A stretch of 38,576 nucleotides of DNA, from positions 1-38,576 of the forward strand of contig JAUCBJ010004682.1 of NCBI GenBank assembly GCA_032718475.1, given 5' to 3'. The stretch is from Nemertoderma westbladi. Taxonomy: Eukaryota > Animalia > Xenacoelomorpha. Positions 10,629-22,515 of the stretch are shown here, one piece after another (within the stretch, counting starts at the first letter, position 1; each line of letters begins with the position of its first letter). The notes under the pieces were generated by a model that worked only from the letters and a program-made list of their open reading frames with translations, searched no databases and was not told the DNA's origin. The position numbers and the translations under genes are program-made.

Positions 10629-13600
10629 AGCGCATTTTCTGACCAAAAAGTCGAATTTTTGAAACATATCCTATCTGATGCAGAATTTCATGCTGAATCC
10701 AAATATGGAAACCGTTTTCCCATATCTTGCTTAGTTTTCGAGACATCTGGGATAGAAGATACTGGCTTCGATATATCGCGATATCGGTAAGGCGATAAAG
10801 TTTGGGGTTTGCATTCAATTTCTGAACATTTCTGTACCAATTGGTGCCAATTGGATGTCTCCACCAGAAAGAGCACAAAATTTTAATTGAGAAAGTATTT
10901 TTTTATGATTATTGGACCTACTGATCAGTTTATAAGACAACTTCATGTCTACGGAATGAAGACGGGACTCGAATAAGCGACTCTGCGGTATTTGCGGGGT
11001 TACACGGAATAGACTTATTGGTCATCGGAGATCTTCAAAATGTATAATCTCCAGTAGTTCTAGTGGTCGTACGGAGTTCGTTTAGGGCTCATTCGAAAGC
11101 TCTTTTCTCAGAGACCAAAGTTACCATTTGGTTTGGCAAACTCTTGAAAGCTGCCTGAGCAATCATAACTTGAACAAAATTTGCAAGGCATATTTTACCA
11201 AAATTCATGTTATGTTGCTTTAGAACCATTTTGTCTTAAATCAAATGGTAACTTTGTTCTCTAAGAAAAGAGCTTTCAAATGAGCCTAAAACCAACTTCG
11301 TACGACCACTAGAACTGGAAATTATACATTTTGAAGATCTCCGATGACCGATAAGTCTATTCCGTGTAATCCCGCAAAGACTGCAGAGTCGCTTATTCGA
11401 GTCCCGAGACTTGAAGTTGTCTTATAAACTGATCAGTACATCCAATAATCATAAAAAAATACTTTCTCAATTAAAATTTTGTGCTCTTTCTCGTGGAGAC
11501 ATCCAATTGGCACCAATTGGTACAGAAATTTGCAGAAATTGAATGCAAACCCCAAACTTCATTGCCTTACCGATATCGCAATATATTGGAGCCAGTATCT
11601 TCTATGCCAGATATCTCGAAAACTAAGCAAGATATGGGAAAACGGTTTCCATATTTGGATTCAGCATGAAATTCTGCATCAGATAGGATATGTTTCAAAA
11701 ATTCGTCTTTTTGGTCAGAAAATGAGCTACCCCCCCTTAATACAACCCGCGCAGTCTAGCACAGTAAATGAAGTATCTGCAGGTAGGCCTAGCGGCGGAC
11801 TCTGCTTTATTTATAGGTCATCTTTGTCTAAATATATATCTAGAATTAACGTTACGAATCCTCGATTGCAAGCTGTACGAGTTGAATTGCCCAATGTTAA
11901 CCCTTTTGTGATAATTAATTGTTATTTTCCAGTAGATGCGCGGGACAATATTAATGTATCAGACGATTTACTTACTCTTACTAATGATATCAAACATCTA
12001 TTTTATCGGAGCAGCTTTGTAATGTTATACTTGCAGGGGATTTCAATGCTGATTTTTCACGTGTATCTATGCATGTTCGAGTAATTAGTCAATTTTTACA
12101 GGAATTTAAATTAGAACGTCTATGGGATTTAATCCTATTGATTATACTTACACATGCTACAGAGATCAGGCATCTTTTCATTCCACTTTAGATCACTTTT
12201 TCAGTTCGAGTAAATTGGTAGAAAATGTTACTGATTCTGGTGTAGTACATTCTGGTGCTAATTTATCTTTTCATGACCCAATATTTTCGAAGTTGAAAGT
12301 TAGTGGTGTAAATTTACCACGTGTTAATTATAGCTCAGGTGATGCTACTGGTAATGGTAAAATTAAATTTAAGCGAGCTACTATTGAACAGCAACATGAC
12401 TTTGTAAACAATCTACATAATAAATTGGATGGCATTGAGGTTGAGTCAGGTTGTATAACATGTGGTAATATTTTTTGTGCGGACCTTACTCATAGACTGT
12501 TTATTGAAAAATATGTTTTAGATATTCTTGAATGCATTGATATCAGCTGTAGTAGTTTAAATAATAATTATAATGGTGAGCCCCGTGCTACTAATAATCA
12601 CCCTAAACTTCCCGGTTGGTCGGAGCGAGTTAAACCATTTAGAGATGAAGCTATCCTATGGCATTCCTTGTGGGTCTCGGCGGGGTGTCCGAATGCTTCA
12701 CAAAATAGTCAGCTTTTTCACATGCGACGGGTGTCTCGCGTGCAGTATAAGTATGCCGTCCGACGGCTCAAACGTTCAGTAGATAATGTGCATTGAGATA
12801 AACTCCTACAGGCGTGTTTAAGGAATAATAGTGATATATTTAAAGAAATAAAGAAACTTATATCCACACCGAACACTGTGACTTCGACCATTGATGGTTG
12901 TACAGACCCACAATCAATAGCCGACCGATTCGCAAGTATATATTCGGATCTATATAATCAACCGTATGATTCCGATTTAGAGTTCTTAAGATCGCAGATT
13001 TCTGATAAACTCGAAGGATGTGATTCAGCTGATTTCCCGCATATCACTCCGGATTTGGTCAGTGAAGGTCTACATAGGCTAAAAAGCTCTAAAACAGACG
13101 TAACTTTTGATTTTGATTCTGATTGCCTGATCAATGGTCCTCCAGAATTATGTTCACATTTAAGTGTTTTGTTCAACAGTTTTCTCATTCATGGCTTTGT
13201 TCCACAGTTCTTACTGACGTGTGTCATTATTCCTTTGATAAAAGATAAATTAGGTGACGATTCCCTTTCCAGTAATTACAGGGCTATTGCCTTATCCTCC
13301 CTCCTGATTAAGTTGTTTGAGTGGGTCATGCTGATCTCGCAGGCTGAGTGCTTACATTTGGATGAGTTGCAATTCGGGTTCCAAAGTGGTTCCAGTACGT
13401 CCCAATGTACCTGGGCAGCTACAGAGGTTCTTGGTTTCTATTCTAGAAACGCAACTCCTGTATTTGGATGTCTTCTCGATCTATCGAAAGCCTTCGATAT
13501 GGTTGAATGGTGCAAGCTATTTCTGGAACTTATTAAAAAGGGGTTTTCTCCTTTTTTCTTATGAACCCTGCTATGGATCTATAGTAATCAAACATGTTGC

Positions 13601-14310
13601 GTCCGCTGGAACAGCTTCCATTCCGAGTCATTTACGTTAACGAACGGAGTTCGTCAAGGTTCAGTGCCATCTCCGATTCTGTTCTGTATTATATTGGATA
13701 AATTAATATCAAAACTGAGGTCATCTAAAGTTGGTTGTTATATTGGTTCTTTTTATTTTGGTATTTTCGGCTGCGCAGATGATCTTCTCCTTTTATGCCC
13801 TTCCATAGTGGGACTATGGTCAAGTTATGCGAGGAGTTCGCAACCAAACACCATCTCGTGTTTAGTACAAACCCGAATCCGGATAAATCCAAATCCAAAT
13901 GCATTCCTTTTGGGAGAGTGTGGTTAAACCCACAGCGTCAGTAATGCTGAACGGGAGACCACTTCCTTGGGTCAGGGAGGCGTTGCATCTAGGAAACATG
14001 TTAGATTTCCAGAACATAATAGAGTCTGATATTATACGAAAATGGGGAAAATTTATAGGAAAGCTCAATGCACTTAGACAAGAATTCTATTTTTCTGATC
14101 CGTATGTTTTGAGTAACATTCAGCGTATTTATTGCACATCCTTCTATGGTAGTAATTTATGGGATCTTTTTTCTGCATCGTGTACTCGTATATACAGTTC
14201 ATGGAAGATTAATATTAGGATTATTTTCAGATTGCCTTTTACATCACATAGATATATTGTAGAAAATTTAATGCAGTTTAAACACCCCAGTGTTATGTTA
14301 TATTCACGCT
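10402..14310 (+). pseudogene. LINE ORF2: APE endonuclease + reverse transcriptase, interrupted
   Basis: SYNSTG, CIQEH, GRPSGG, NCYFP, GDFN, LDHF, FHDPI; NYRAIALSS, QFGF, LDLSKAFD, GVRQG, CADD (for YADD, ~13772). Stops at 12794 and 13562, frameshifts near 12010 and 13810, and a MITE insertion. Confidence 0.92.
10598..11736. mobile_element. Non-autonomous foldback DNA transposon with TTAA TSD, Kolobok-like
   Basis: TTAA at 10594-10597 and 11737-11740; termini G(30)TAGC...GCTAC(7); inverted arms of more than 500 bp; removal restores the ORF2 frame (FKCL-IQPAQ). TTAA with purine-starting termini fits Kolobok rather than piggyBac. Confidence 0.9.
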
Positions 14311-17300
14311 ACAACCCCGATTACAAATGTCAATTACATAGAAATGGGACCCATAAGACCATAGACTGTAAGCATTGGCAGGCGTTACTTAAACAAGAGA
14401 CAATTCAAAGGATGAATTTCAAGAACCACCGATCAAGTATGCCGAGACTGATGGAACTGGAGGCCAGATGATGGAGACGAGCACCATGGGAGCAAGGAGG
14501 AAGGGAATGGTACTACTCGGAGTAGTACCAGTGAGAATAATTGGAAAAACGTTCTATCGGTTACAACACTAATGTAGGTCAATAGTGGAGCAGCGTTCAC
14601 GCTAACGGAGAGTTGGGTGGCCGAGAAGATAGGATTGGAGACCAGGCCAAGTGAGATGGCGGTGACCACAATATTGAGCAAGGGTGAGGTCATGAAGATG
14701 AGGATAGGAGGTGTGAAATTGCAGCAATATCACCAGGGTGCGACTTTGGGGCTACCATCGAACCCATCCAAATAATAGAGTTGATCAACATCAACGCCAG
14801 GCGACCTACAAAGATCGAGATAGAGCAATACCGGTACCTGGATGGCATCGACTTCTCCATACCCGAACTAGATGCCCCGAAAGTGTCTCTCATAGTCGGC
14901 ATGGACTGTCCAATGGCCCATGAGAGACTGCAGACCATATTCAGCGACGATAAAGAGCGAGACCCTGTGGCCATTCTCACCCCATTTGGATGGACGCTCA
15001 GTGGCCCAATAAAAATGAGGATCCCATTCAGCGTGTCCAAATCCTCAGGGTGCATGTTCACAGGGACGATGATGGAGATGAAGGACGAAGGAGCAGGGGA
15101 ACAACTCCAGAGGCTGCTATGGCAGTACTTCGAGGGGTTAAAAGAGACCGGGGTGGGAACCTCGGTAGAGGACAAGCAGACCCAGGAGAGCGTCAGGAGC
15201 TCAATGAAGTGTGAGGGGGGGGGGGCGATATGCCATAGCGATGGTATGGAAGGAGCCAAAGGTGCCTCTACCAGACAACAAAAGGATGGTCATGACAAGG
15301 CTCCAAAAATTAAAGCAAACACTTAGGCGGAGCCTGGAGAAGAATGAGTATATACGTAAAACCATCAAGAAATACGTGGATCAGGGATGGGCCGTGGAGC
15401 TACCAGTGGACGAGCTGAACACCAACAGGATTTACTATCTGCTACTTCATGTGGCCCTAGACCCCAAAAAAGGCAAGTTGAAGATGGTGGTCGATGTCTC
15501 TGCCAAGACGAATGGCAAGAGCCTAAACGATTACCTGCTAGAAGGCCCCAATATCTACAACTCGGGGATAGAAGTTATGTTGAGGTTTAGAAGTGGAAAG
15601 CACGCCTTCACGTGCGATATAGAGGGCATGTTTAACCAATTGCGGGTGACTGAGGAGGATAGCAATAGCCAACGTTTCCTGTTGTACAACAGCGATGAAG
15701 AACCGTCAGAGATACCGATGTACAAGATGGTAGTGCAGAATATGGGGGCCAAGTCGTCCTCATTCACCACGACCACCGCCGTAAGAGACACAGTGGAGGG
15801 CAAAGAGGGGGAGTATAGCGAGAAGGCAATCGATATGATTCGACGCGGATTTTACGTGGATCATGGAATGGGTTCAGGATACTCAGTTAAGGAGATCCTC
15901 AACACAGGGCGCGAAGTTTGCGACATCCTGAAGAAGTCAGAATTCAACTTGACGAAGTTCCAGTTGAACTCCAAAGAATTCATGGAGGCCATAGAGGATA
16001 AGTACCATATGAGTACCAGAGTACCAGTTAAATAACTGGGAGCAAATCTTGGGATAGGAGTAGCGCCCACTCCTACCCTCGGGTAGCAGCTATCGAAAGA
16101 GGAGCCTTCAGGTTGCCTCCGGCTTCGGCCGACTGTTTGCTTTTTTTGATAGAGGATAAACAGCCGGAGGTAAAATTAGATAGCCTATGATGGCAAAGGA
16201 ACAAATCATGGCGGATAAGAGGATAGAATCACAACAGAAGGCACTAGGGATCATATGGAACCGGGAGATGGACGAGTTGGAATATCAACTGAGTCAGGAG
16301 GGTACCGGGATCCATACTAAGTGAGGCTATGTGTCACACATAGCGAGGATTTATGATCCGCTAGGACTAGCATCCCCATTGTTAGTCACGGGGAAGCAGA
16401 TACTTAAAAGGGTCTACAAGATCAAAAACGACTGGGATGCGGAGGTCCCGACGGAGATAAGTAACAGTGGGAGAAATGGACAGGGAGCCTAGAAGATATG
16501 GGAACTTACAGTATGCCACGTGTATACTTCCCGGATGGAGACATGAGCGAGTTAGAACTGCATATGTTTTCCGATGCATCCCTGGAAGCATATGGTGCTG
16601 CGCTTTATTTGGTTCAGTGGAAGGGGACTCATAAGCCCAGGCTTGCGTTCAGTAAAGCGAGGTCGACGCCACTGGATTCAGCATCAGTGCCAAAATTAGG
16701 ATTGAGAGCAACAGCGTACTTGGTGGACACGATACCAAGTATAGTAGAGACACACTAATGGACAGATTCCATGGTAGTATTGGGATGGTTGCATAACGAA
16801 AAGAAGTGTTATCCCATATTTGTAGCGAACAGAGTGGATGGAGTTAAGGGCAACAACAGACTTGGACAAGTGGCACTACTGCCCAACTGACGACAATCCA
16901 GCGGACTTGCTATTGAGGGGCGTACTACGCCACACTTTCTCGAGAAAGCAGGAGTTGTGGCAGCATGGTCCGAACTTCCTTAATGACAGGTCGAAGTGGC
17001 CACCGATGAGGAGGGTAGATCCAAGTGGAGAGGAAGTGATAGTAGAGGATGAGGGAAACGAATCGGAGGGGGATGACATATCTATCCAGCTAGTGAGAGA
17101 GATTAAGGAGACGTGTTAAACACGGGGCTGGCAGAGTGTGAGGGGGCATTAAATGTTAAACCATTTTGTGTACCGAATGATGACCAAGGGTCATCGGGGG
17201 CTTTAACGCCGGTGCACAGATTGAGGGGGAGGCCAGCAGAGGTAGAATGTACCAGTAACGATGATATGAAGGGGTGGCATTCTACCGCCAAGTGACGATG

Positions 17301-17725
17301 AAATGAAGGGTGGCATTCTGCCGCCAAAAGACGATGACGAATTCTGTGAGATAACGGGAAGGTCGGACCTGAGACAGGAGGAGAGGGGGGGGGGGGGGGG
17401 GAGTGATGGGCCAGATGGCCAGATGTGATGTCAGTGGGCCAGATGTGATTTCAGTGGGCCAAATGTGGATATAAATCCTACTCATGAAAAGACAACCAAG
17501 GGTAACATTCAACTACAAAAGGATGAATTTTATGAAGAAATGGCTAGTCTCCAGGATGAAGATTTCTATGACAGCAGGGGTCATTCTACTACTGAATGCT
17601 ACCCCGGCGAGGATGTAAAAATTAGATCCGTGGAAGTGAGGATCAGAGGAAAGATAGGGGCCAAAGATAGGAAGACCCACAGGAGGGCAGTATGGGAGTG
17701 TTGCCTATTGGATGGAGCGCCCTAA
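14311..17725 (+). pseudogene. BEL gag-pol remnant (Zn knuckle, protease, RT, RNase H, deleted integrase)
   Basis: CQLH..HKTIDC; VNSGA; LIVGMD; TPFGWTLSGP; SLNDYLLEGP; CDIEGMFNQ; FYVDH; IYDPLG; HMFSDAS..YGAA; WTDS; FVANRV; WHYCPTDDNPAD; EGALNVKP; YPGED..IRSVEV. Many stops and frameshifts. Confidence 0.93.
17259..17470. repeat. Local duplications (~36-bp x2, ~20-bp x3) and G-run within the integrase remnant
   Basis: ACGATGA.ATGAAGGG(G)TGGCATTCT x2; GGCCAGATGTG-like x3; G-run ~17386-17401. Confidence 0.7.
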
Positions 17726-17889
17726 TTATTAGATGAGTCGTCCAATATATTGGACTGAGGGGGTGGGAATCAGGGCGAGACGCCCTTCCCTCACACAAAA
17801 TATAAATAAAATAAAAAGAAAATGAGATGAGATGAGATGAGATGAGTAGTAATAGTACCAAGTTACATATAATTAGTTTTAGGTAGACA

Positions 17890-18190
17890 TTATGTACGTC
17901 TGATGTGTATGGACGTACCAACGTACATAATATTTAGGTGTAGGTAGTTATAATTACGTACGTCGGATGGGTACGAATGTACCAATGTACCTAGTTTACA
18001 TACGCACCAAATGCCGGGTCAATGGGACCAATATCAGTATACGACATATACTGTAGTAGAAGGGTACATGGTACCACAGTGAGGATTGGAAGGGTATACA
18101 TTGCGTACATCTGATGGGCACAATGTGCCAACGTACATAATAAATACCAAACATGCTGGGTCAATGGGACCAATAATAGTACGTAGTAGG
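17890..18190. repeat. Degenerate short repeats in the post-pol spacer
   Basis: CCAACGTACATAAT x2, GGGTCAATGGGACCAATA x2 and AC(G/A)TC(T/G)GATG x3. Confidence 0.65.
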
Positions 18191-18649
18191 TGCTACAGTG
18201 GGCACTGAGGGCGACACATGAGGAGTTGAAGGGGGTATGTAGACGTAGTAGAATAGACCGTGTAAGCCGCACGAACTAGACTACTGTAGCGCATATCCCA
18301 TAGGGCAGAGTTAGAGCATTATTGTTACAGAGCCAGAAAGTTTTCTGGTAGAAAGCTAGTACAAGAATAAGAAAATTGTAGCTGGTCTTCTCTGTAGACA
18401 AGTAGTGATGAATTACTTACGTAGTAATTGAGTAGTAGGTAGAGTAATAGCACGTTAGTTGAGGAACACAGCACTGAAAAATCAGGGGAAAATTGGCACA
18501 TAACGGGAAATATTTCTACGAAACATTGGCAGAACACAGATAGGAGGTAGGCCAGCACTGATTTAAACTAATTAGGACCATACTTAGTTATCTCTTGCCC
18601 TACTGAGCCTTTCTAAGGCACCACCAGTCTGGTGAGAGAGGAGAATCGT

Positions 18650-19795
18650 GATGGTGGAGAAGCTAGTGAAGAACTTTATCGTATTCTGTGGAGAGGGGTG
18701 GATATATGGTCCTGCATGACGTGGGGACAGTAGAGGATGATGGTGGGACAAGGAAGGGGTCAGGAGGGTCAGGTAGAACTAAATTGCTGCATTTAGTGGC
18801 GCTTAACGGAGATATTTTCTGTTTCTAGCGACATATGGTAAGAAGAGTGGGCCAAAGTTGAACCGCCTACCGGATGCGATGCAGAAGTTTGTAAGGTCAA
18901 AGACTATGGTCGAGATCGGATCGGCGACACGCGACATCGTGGAGAGGATTATTGGACTGGGCAGGGCACCCCGAATCTTCTGGACATGCAGGTAGTCTAC
19001 ATGGCTATGACGAAACCGGATGGACCAGGATTGGTGGATAACACAGGACAATACGGAGCCGTGGCGATGGGTCATTTGATGGGATCCCAAGCCACAAGCC
19101 GATGGAGTGGAACAAGTTCCGAGAGGAATACGGGGCGGGTCTTGCGAATTCATTCAAGTGGGGGGCGAGATGGGGGAGAGACGAGTCATATCACTTCTGG
19201 AAGGGGCGATTATGACACGTCGTATAGACGAATATATAATATATAATATACGTACTATAGTCAAGTATAACCTTTTCCAATCAGCTACTGGGACTGGGGA
19301 CTAATTGACTAGAACAGGAGGGCGAGACATTAGACGGATCCCATTTCTCAAATGCGCCGCACGAATGAGAATGTGGGAGCCCGATAGGAGTATGTGGAGA
19401 GCGACAGTGAAAAGGGGTTGAGTATGAGAGAAGCGTAGGGGGAAAGTGCTGGAACTTGAAGGAAAGTAAAGAGTGCGAGGTCCAAGTGTGGGTAGCGAGC
19501 ATAGAGGGGGATTAGTCCTATGGGACTAGTGAGCGAGGAGAACGGACAACAGAGTCCGACATTAAAATTGTGTGAGGAGTGAGGGCGATCGTCTAAAACA
19601 GAGACGCCAGATGCCTTGGTGTACCAAGGCTCGCAGATGTACAAAGGATGGGTAGTGAAAACAGAGTACAGGGAGGCCAGCCTGGAAAGTTGTCCCCGAG
19701 AAGAGCATTCCACCCCACATCCAATACTAGATTGGATTCCAGTGGAATTGGAGCGCACTTTAGGTTTATGCTATATCTTCTCACCGGGAAGATAG
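18650..19795 (+). pseudogene. Degenerate ORF resembling a DEDDy (WRN/EXD-like) 3'-5' exonuclease, possible Cys-containing tail
   Basis: Manual translation across frameshifts: MVLHDVGT (18706, ExoI-like), TKLLHLVALNG, LPDAMQKFV..EIGSATRD (ExoII-like), LDMQ, YGAVAMGHLMG, FWKGR..TRRIDEYIIYN (ExoIII YxxxD spacing, 19233-19247). Confidence 0.5.
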
Positions 19796-19798
19796 CAT

Positions 19799-19814
19799 GG
19801 GGGGGGGGGGGGAG
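19799..19814 (+). promoter_or_regulatory. Polypurine tract
   Basis: G14AG directly before the LTR-like start CGTAAA (TGT with inferred T>C). Confidence 0.55.
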
Positions 19815-20301
19815 CGTAAACGGTTCCAATTCACTGCACTACCCAGTGGAAAATGGGGAAAGTGGCTTTTTACCAATTATAGTTGGCTAGGTGACATTAG
19901 CAATATAATGTCACCTAATATCCAACAAAGGCAATACACATTGCCAGCCACAAGCAGAGATAAGAGGCTACAAGCCATCTCAGGGGGACTAAAGGGGCTA
20001 GCATGTGGGCACAAAGGGAACAAGGAGTGCCAAAGGAAGGGAGAATAGGTTAGCCAATGATGGGGCAGAACACCATCTGATTGGGGTGCATTCATTGGCC
20101 AGGCCACGTAACAGTAGGAATATTCCATATGTGTTAGTAATATAACCGTTGCATTTATTACCTATAGTTCAGTTGGTTTGTGTAGAGCTGTGGAAACAAG
20201 ACGGTTTTAACCGTCGTCGACTGTAACCGTGCTATTATTGTATTCTGACGAACAACTGCCACTAAAAACTCATTTATTCTATCGGCCTCCGTCCTTTCAC
20301 A
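19815..20301 (+). repeat. Probable 3' LTR (~487 bp)
   Basis: (C)GTAAA...TTTCACA termini, preceding PPT, three CCAAT-type boxes (20051-20099) and TATAA (~20141). No partner LTR in the window. Confidence 0.5.
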
Positions 20302-21184
20302 CTTAGGTACCATAAGTCTTTCAGCAGCCAGCGGACGCGGCGATGCGTATTAACCAAAGGCAAACACATCGGTCGGGATTCCCTCGCCAACTCGGGGATC
20401 CCGTCACATTGGGGTAAAGTTTATTAATTGCAAATGACAAGTCAGTTGCAAATGATATAAATAGTCTAGCTGGCGTTCGTAATGGCAAATTTTCGTTATA
20501 ATGGGTATAACGGGATTGAAATAATATTTAAATATCGAATATTCTGATAGACTTTTATTTACTTTACTATCCAACCAAATTTCAAGAACAGAATCTATCA
20601 TCATCTTTAATTACAGACGCGCAAAATTTAAATTTTGCACCCGTTTTGACAACAACTATATAAAAATTCCAGAACGATATTTTATTACATTTCTATGAAC
20701 CCTAGTCATTATATCCACCTAACAAAAGTAGCATAAAAGAAATTTGTAAGGAAATATTATGAAAATAGTGCTATAAAGAGAAAAGATCGGCCTCCACTAA
20801 TTCCATCAATCCGCTCGTTGAATGACCTGTTATTTAGTACACCCTTGTGCACTTTAGCCTATTATTCAAAACAAACAGACAACAATAACCTATGTTATTA
20901 CCAAAGAAATGGAGCAGGTTACAGAGGCGGGCAAATCCATTCTTCGATTATCTTTCATCTTCTCACAAGCCCACCCACCCACCCAACTTCTTAATCACCA
21001 TCCGACCGACAGATCAATAGACCTTTCGACTGCACACCGGCTGACCCTCAACCCTCACGAACTAGTCGCTAAAAAACTACGGGCATTGCGCAGAACGTAA
21101 ATCCCAAAATATTCCCTTAGGTTCAGTATATATAATAAATGACGTTTTTTTCGCTGAACCCTGCATGGGTGTACGGGTGTATAA

Positions 21185-21246
21185 AGGAGCATGGGAGTAT
21201 GGGAGTATAGGAGTATGGGAGTATGAGTATAGGAGTATGGGAGTAC
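21185..21246 (+). repeat. (ATGGGAGT)n octamer repeat, ~7 copies
   Basis: Directly visible. Confidence 0.9.
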
Positions 21247-21315
21247 CGGTATAGTAAATGATTCTGGTAGGAAATCCTATTGTAATAAATTTGACTGATG
21301 CCAAGCTTAAATCTT

Positions 21316-22445
21316 CACATATTCCCATCATCCCACATTCCCTTCTTCCGACATTCCCATCTTCCTAAATTCCCATCTTCCCACAACATTCCCATCCACC
21401 TCCTCAAATTCTCAACCACATTCCCATCTTCCCACACTCCCACACTCCCACCTTTCCACATTATCATCTTCCCACATTCCCATCATCCTACATTTCCATC
21501 TTCCCACATTCCCATCTTCCCACATTATCATCTTCCCACATTCCCATCATCCTACATTCCCATCTTCCCACATTCCCATCTTCCCACATTCCCATCTTCC
21601 CACAACATTACCATCCACCTTCCCAAATTCTCAACCACATTACCATCTTCCCACAATCCCACCTTCCCACATTCCCATCTTTTCACATTCCCATCTTCCC
21701 GCATTAACATCTTCCACAACAGTCCCATCCACCTTCACAAATTCCCAATCACATTCCGATCTTCCCACATTCCCATCTTCCCACATTCAAATCTTCCCAC
21801 ATTCCCATCTTCCCACATTACAATCTTCCCATAACATTCCCATCCACCTTCCCAAATTATCAACCACATTCCCATGTTTCCATCCTCCTACATTCCCATC
21901 TTCCTACATCCCATCTTCCCACAACATTCCCATCCACCTTCCCAAATTCTCAACCACATTTCCCCTTCCCACATCCTCATCCTCCCACAATCCCATCTTC
22001 CCACTTTCCCATCTTCCCACTTTCCCATCTTCCTACATTCCCGTCTTCCCATATCATTCCCATCCACCTTCCCATATCATCAACCACATTCCCATTTTCG
22101 ACATTCCCATCTTCCCACATTCATATCTTCCCACATTCCCATCTTCCCACAACATTCCCATACACTTTCCCAAATTCTCAACCACATTACCATCTTCCCA
22201 CATTCCCATCTTTCCACAACATTCCCATCCACCTTCCCAAATTCTCAACCACATTCCCATCTTCCCACATTACCACCTTCCCACATTCCCATCTTCCCAC
22301 AACATTCCCATCCACCTTCCCAAATTCTCAACTACATTCCCATCTTCCCACAACATTCCCATCCGCCTTCCCAAATTCTCAACCACATACCAATCTTCCC
22401 ACATTACCACGTTCCCACATTCCCATCTTCCCACATTTCCATCTG
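21316..22445 (-). repeat. C-rich octamer-based repeat (CCCACATT/CCCATCTT) with a recurring ~50-bp super-unit
   Basis: Alternating octamers; CACAACATTCCCATCCACCTTCCCAAATTCTCAACCAC-like block recurs ~8 times; almost no G on the plus strand. Confidence 0.95.
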
Positions 22446-22515
22446 CTCCTATAAAATTATCTTTGTTTATTCCACCAATAAATTATAAATGTTTTTGCAA
22501 ACTTTTATATAGGGC

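Larger units (their letters stand above)
8450..14310 (+). mobile_element. Non-LTR retrotransposon (LINE), CR1/L2 group (Daphne/Crack-like), decayed, 3' end missing; 5' boundary approximate
   Basis: Two-ORF layout: ORF1 with RRM-like domain and ORF2 with APE endonuclease and RT. The clade call is from motif style only. Confidence 0.9.
14311..20301 (+). mobile_element. BEL/Pao LTR retrotransposon 2, 5'-truncated and decayed; inclusion of 17770-20301 is inferred
   Basis: gag-pol motifs, persistent plus-strand purine bias, and a terminal PPT with LTR-like segment. Confidence 0.7.

Noticed and set aside
10598-11736. piggyBac assignment
   Set aside because: piggyBac termini begin with pyrimidines (CC..GG); these begin GG..CC.
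10590-11740. Duplicated ORFs MCSFxWRHP../MLFLVETS.. on opposite strands and poly-Gly/Pro tracts
   Set aside because: Mirror translations of the MITE inverted arms and G-run; no transposase motifs. Only the part of ORF 11479-12084 after 11740 is real LINE endonuclease.
17757-17800. LTR start directly after pol of BEL 2
   Set aside because: A PPT-like tract is present but followed by TC, not TG, and no matching end was found; kept only as an alternative to the 19815 LTR.
21298-22488. Pro/His/Ser-rich proteins of 178 and 204 aa
   Set aside because: Translation of a G-poor octamer repeat that rarely forms stops; the unit is not a multiple of 3.
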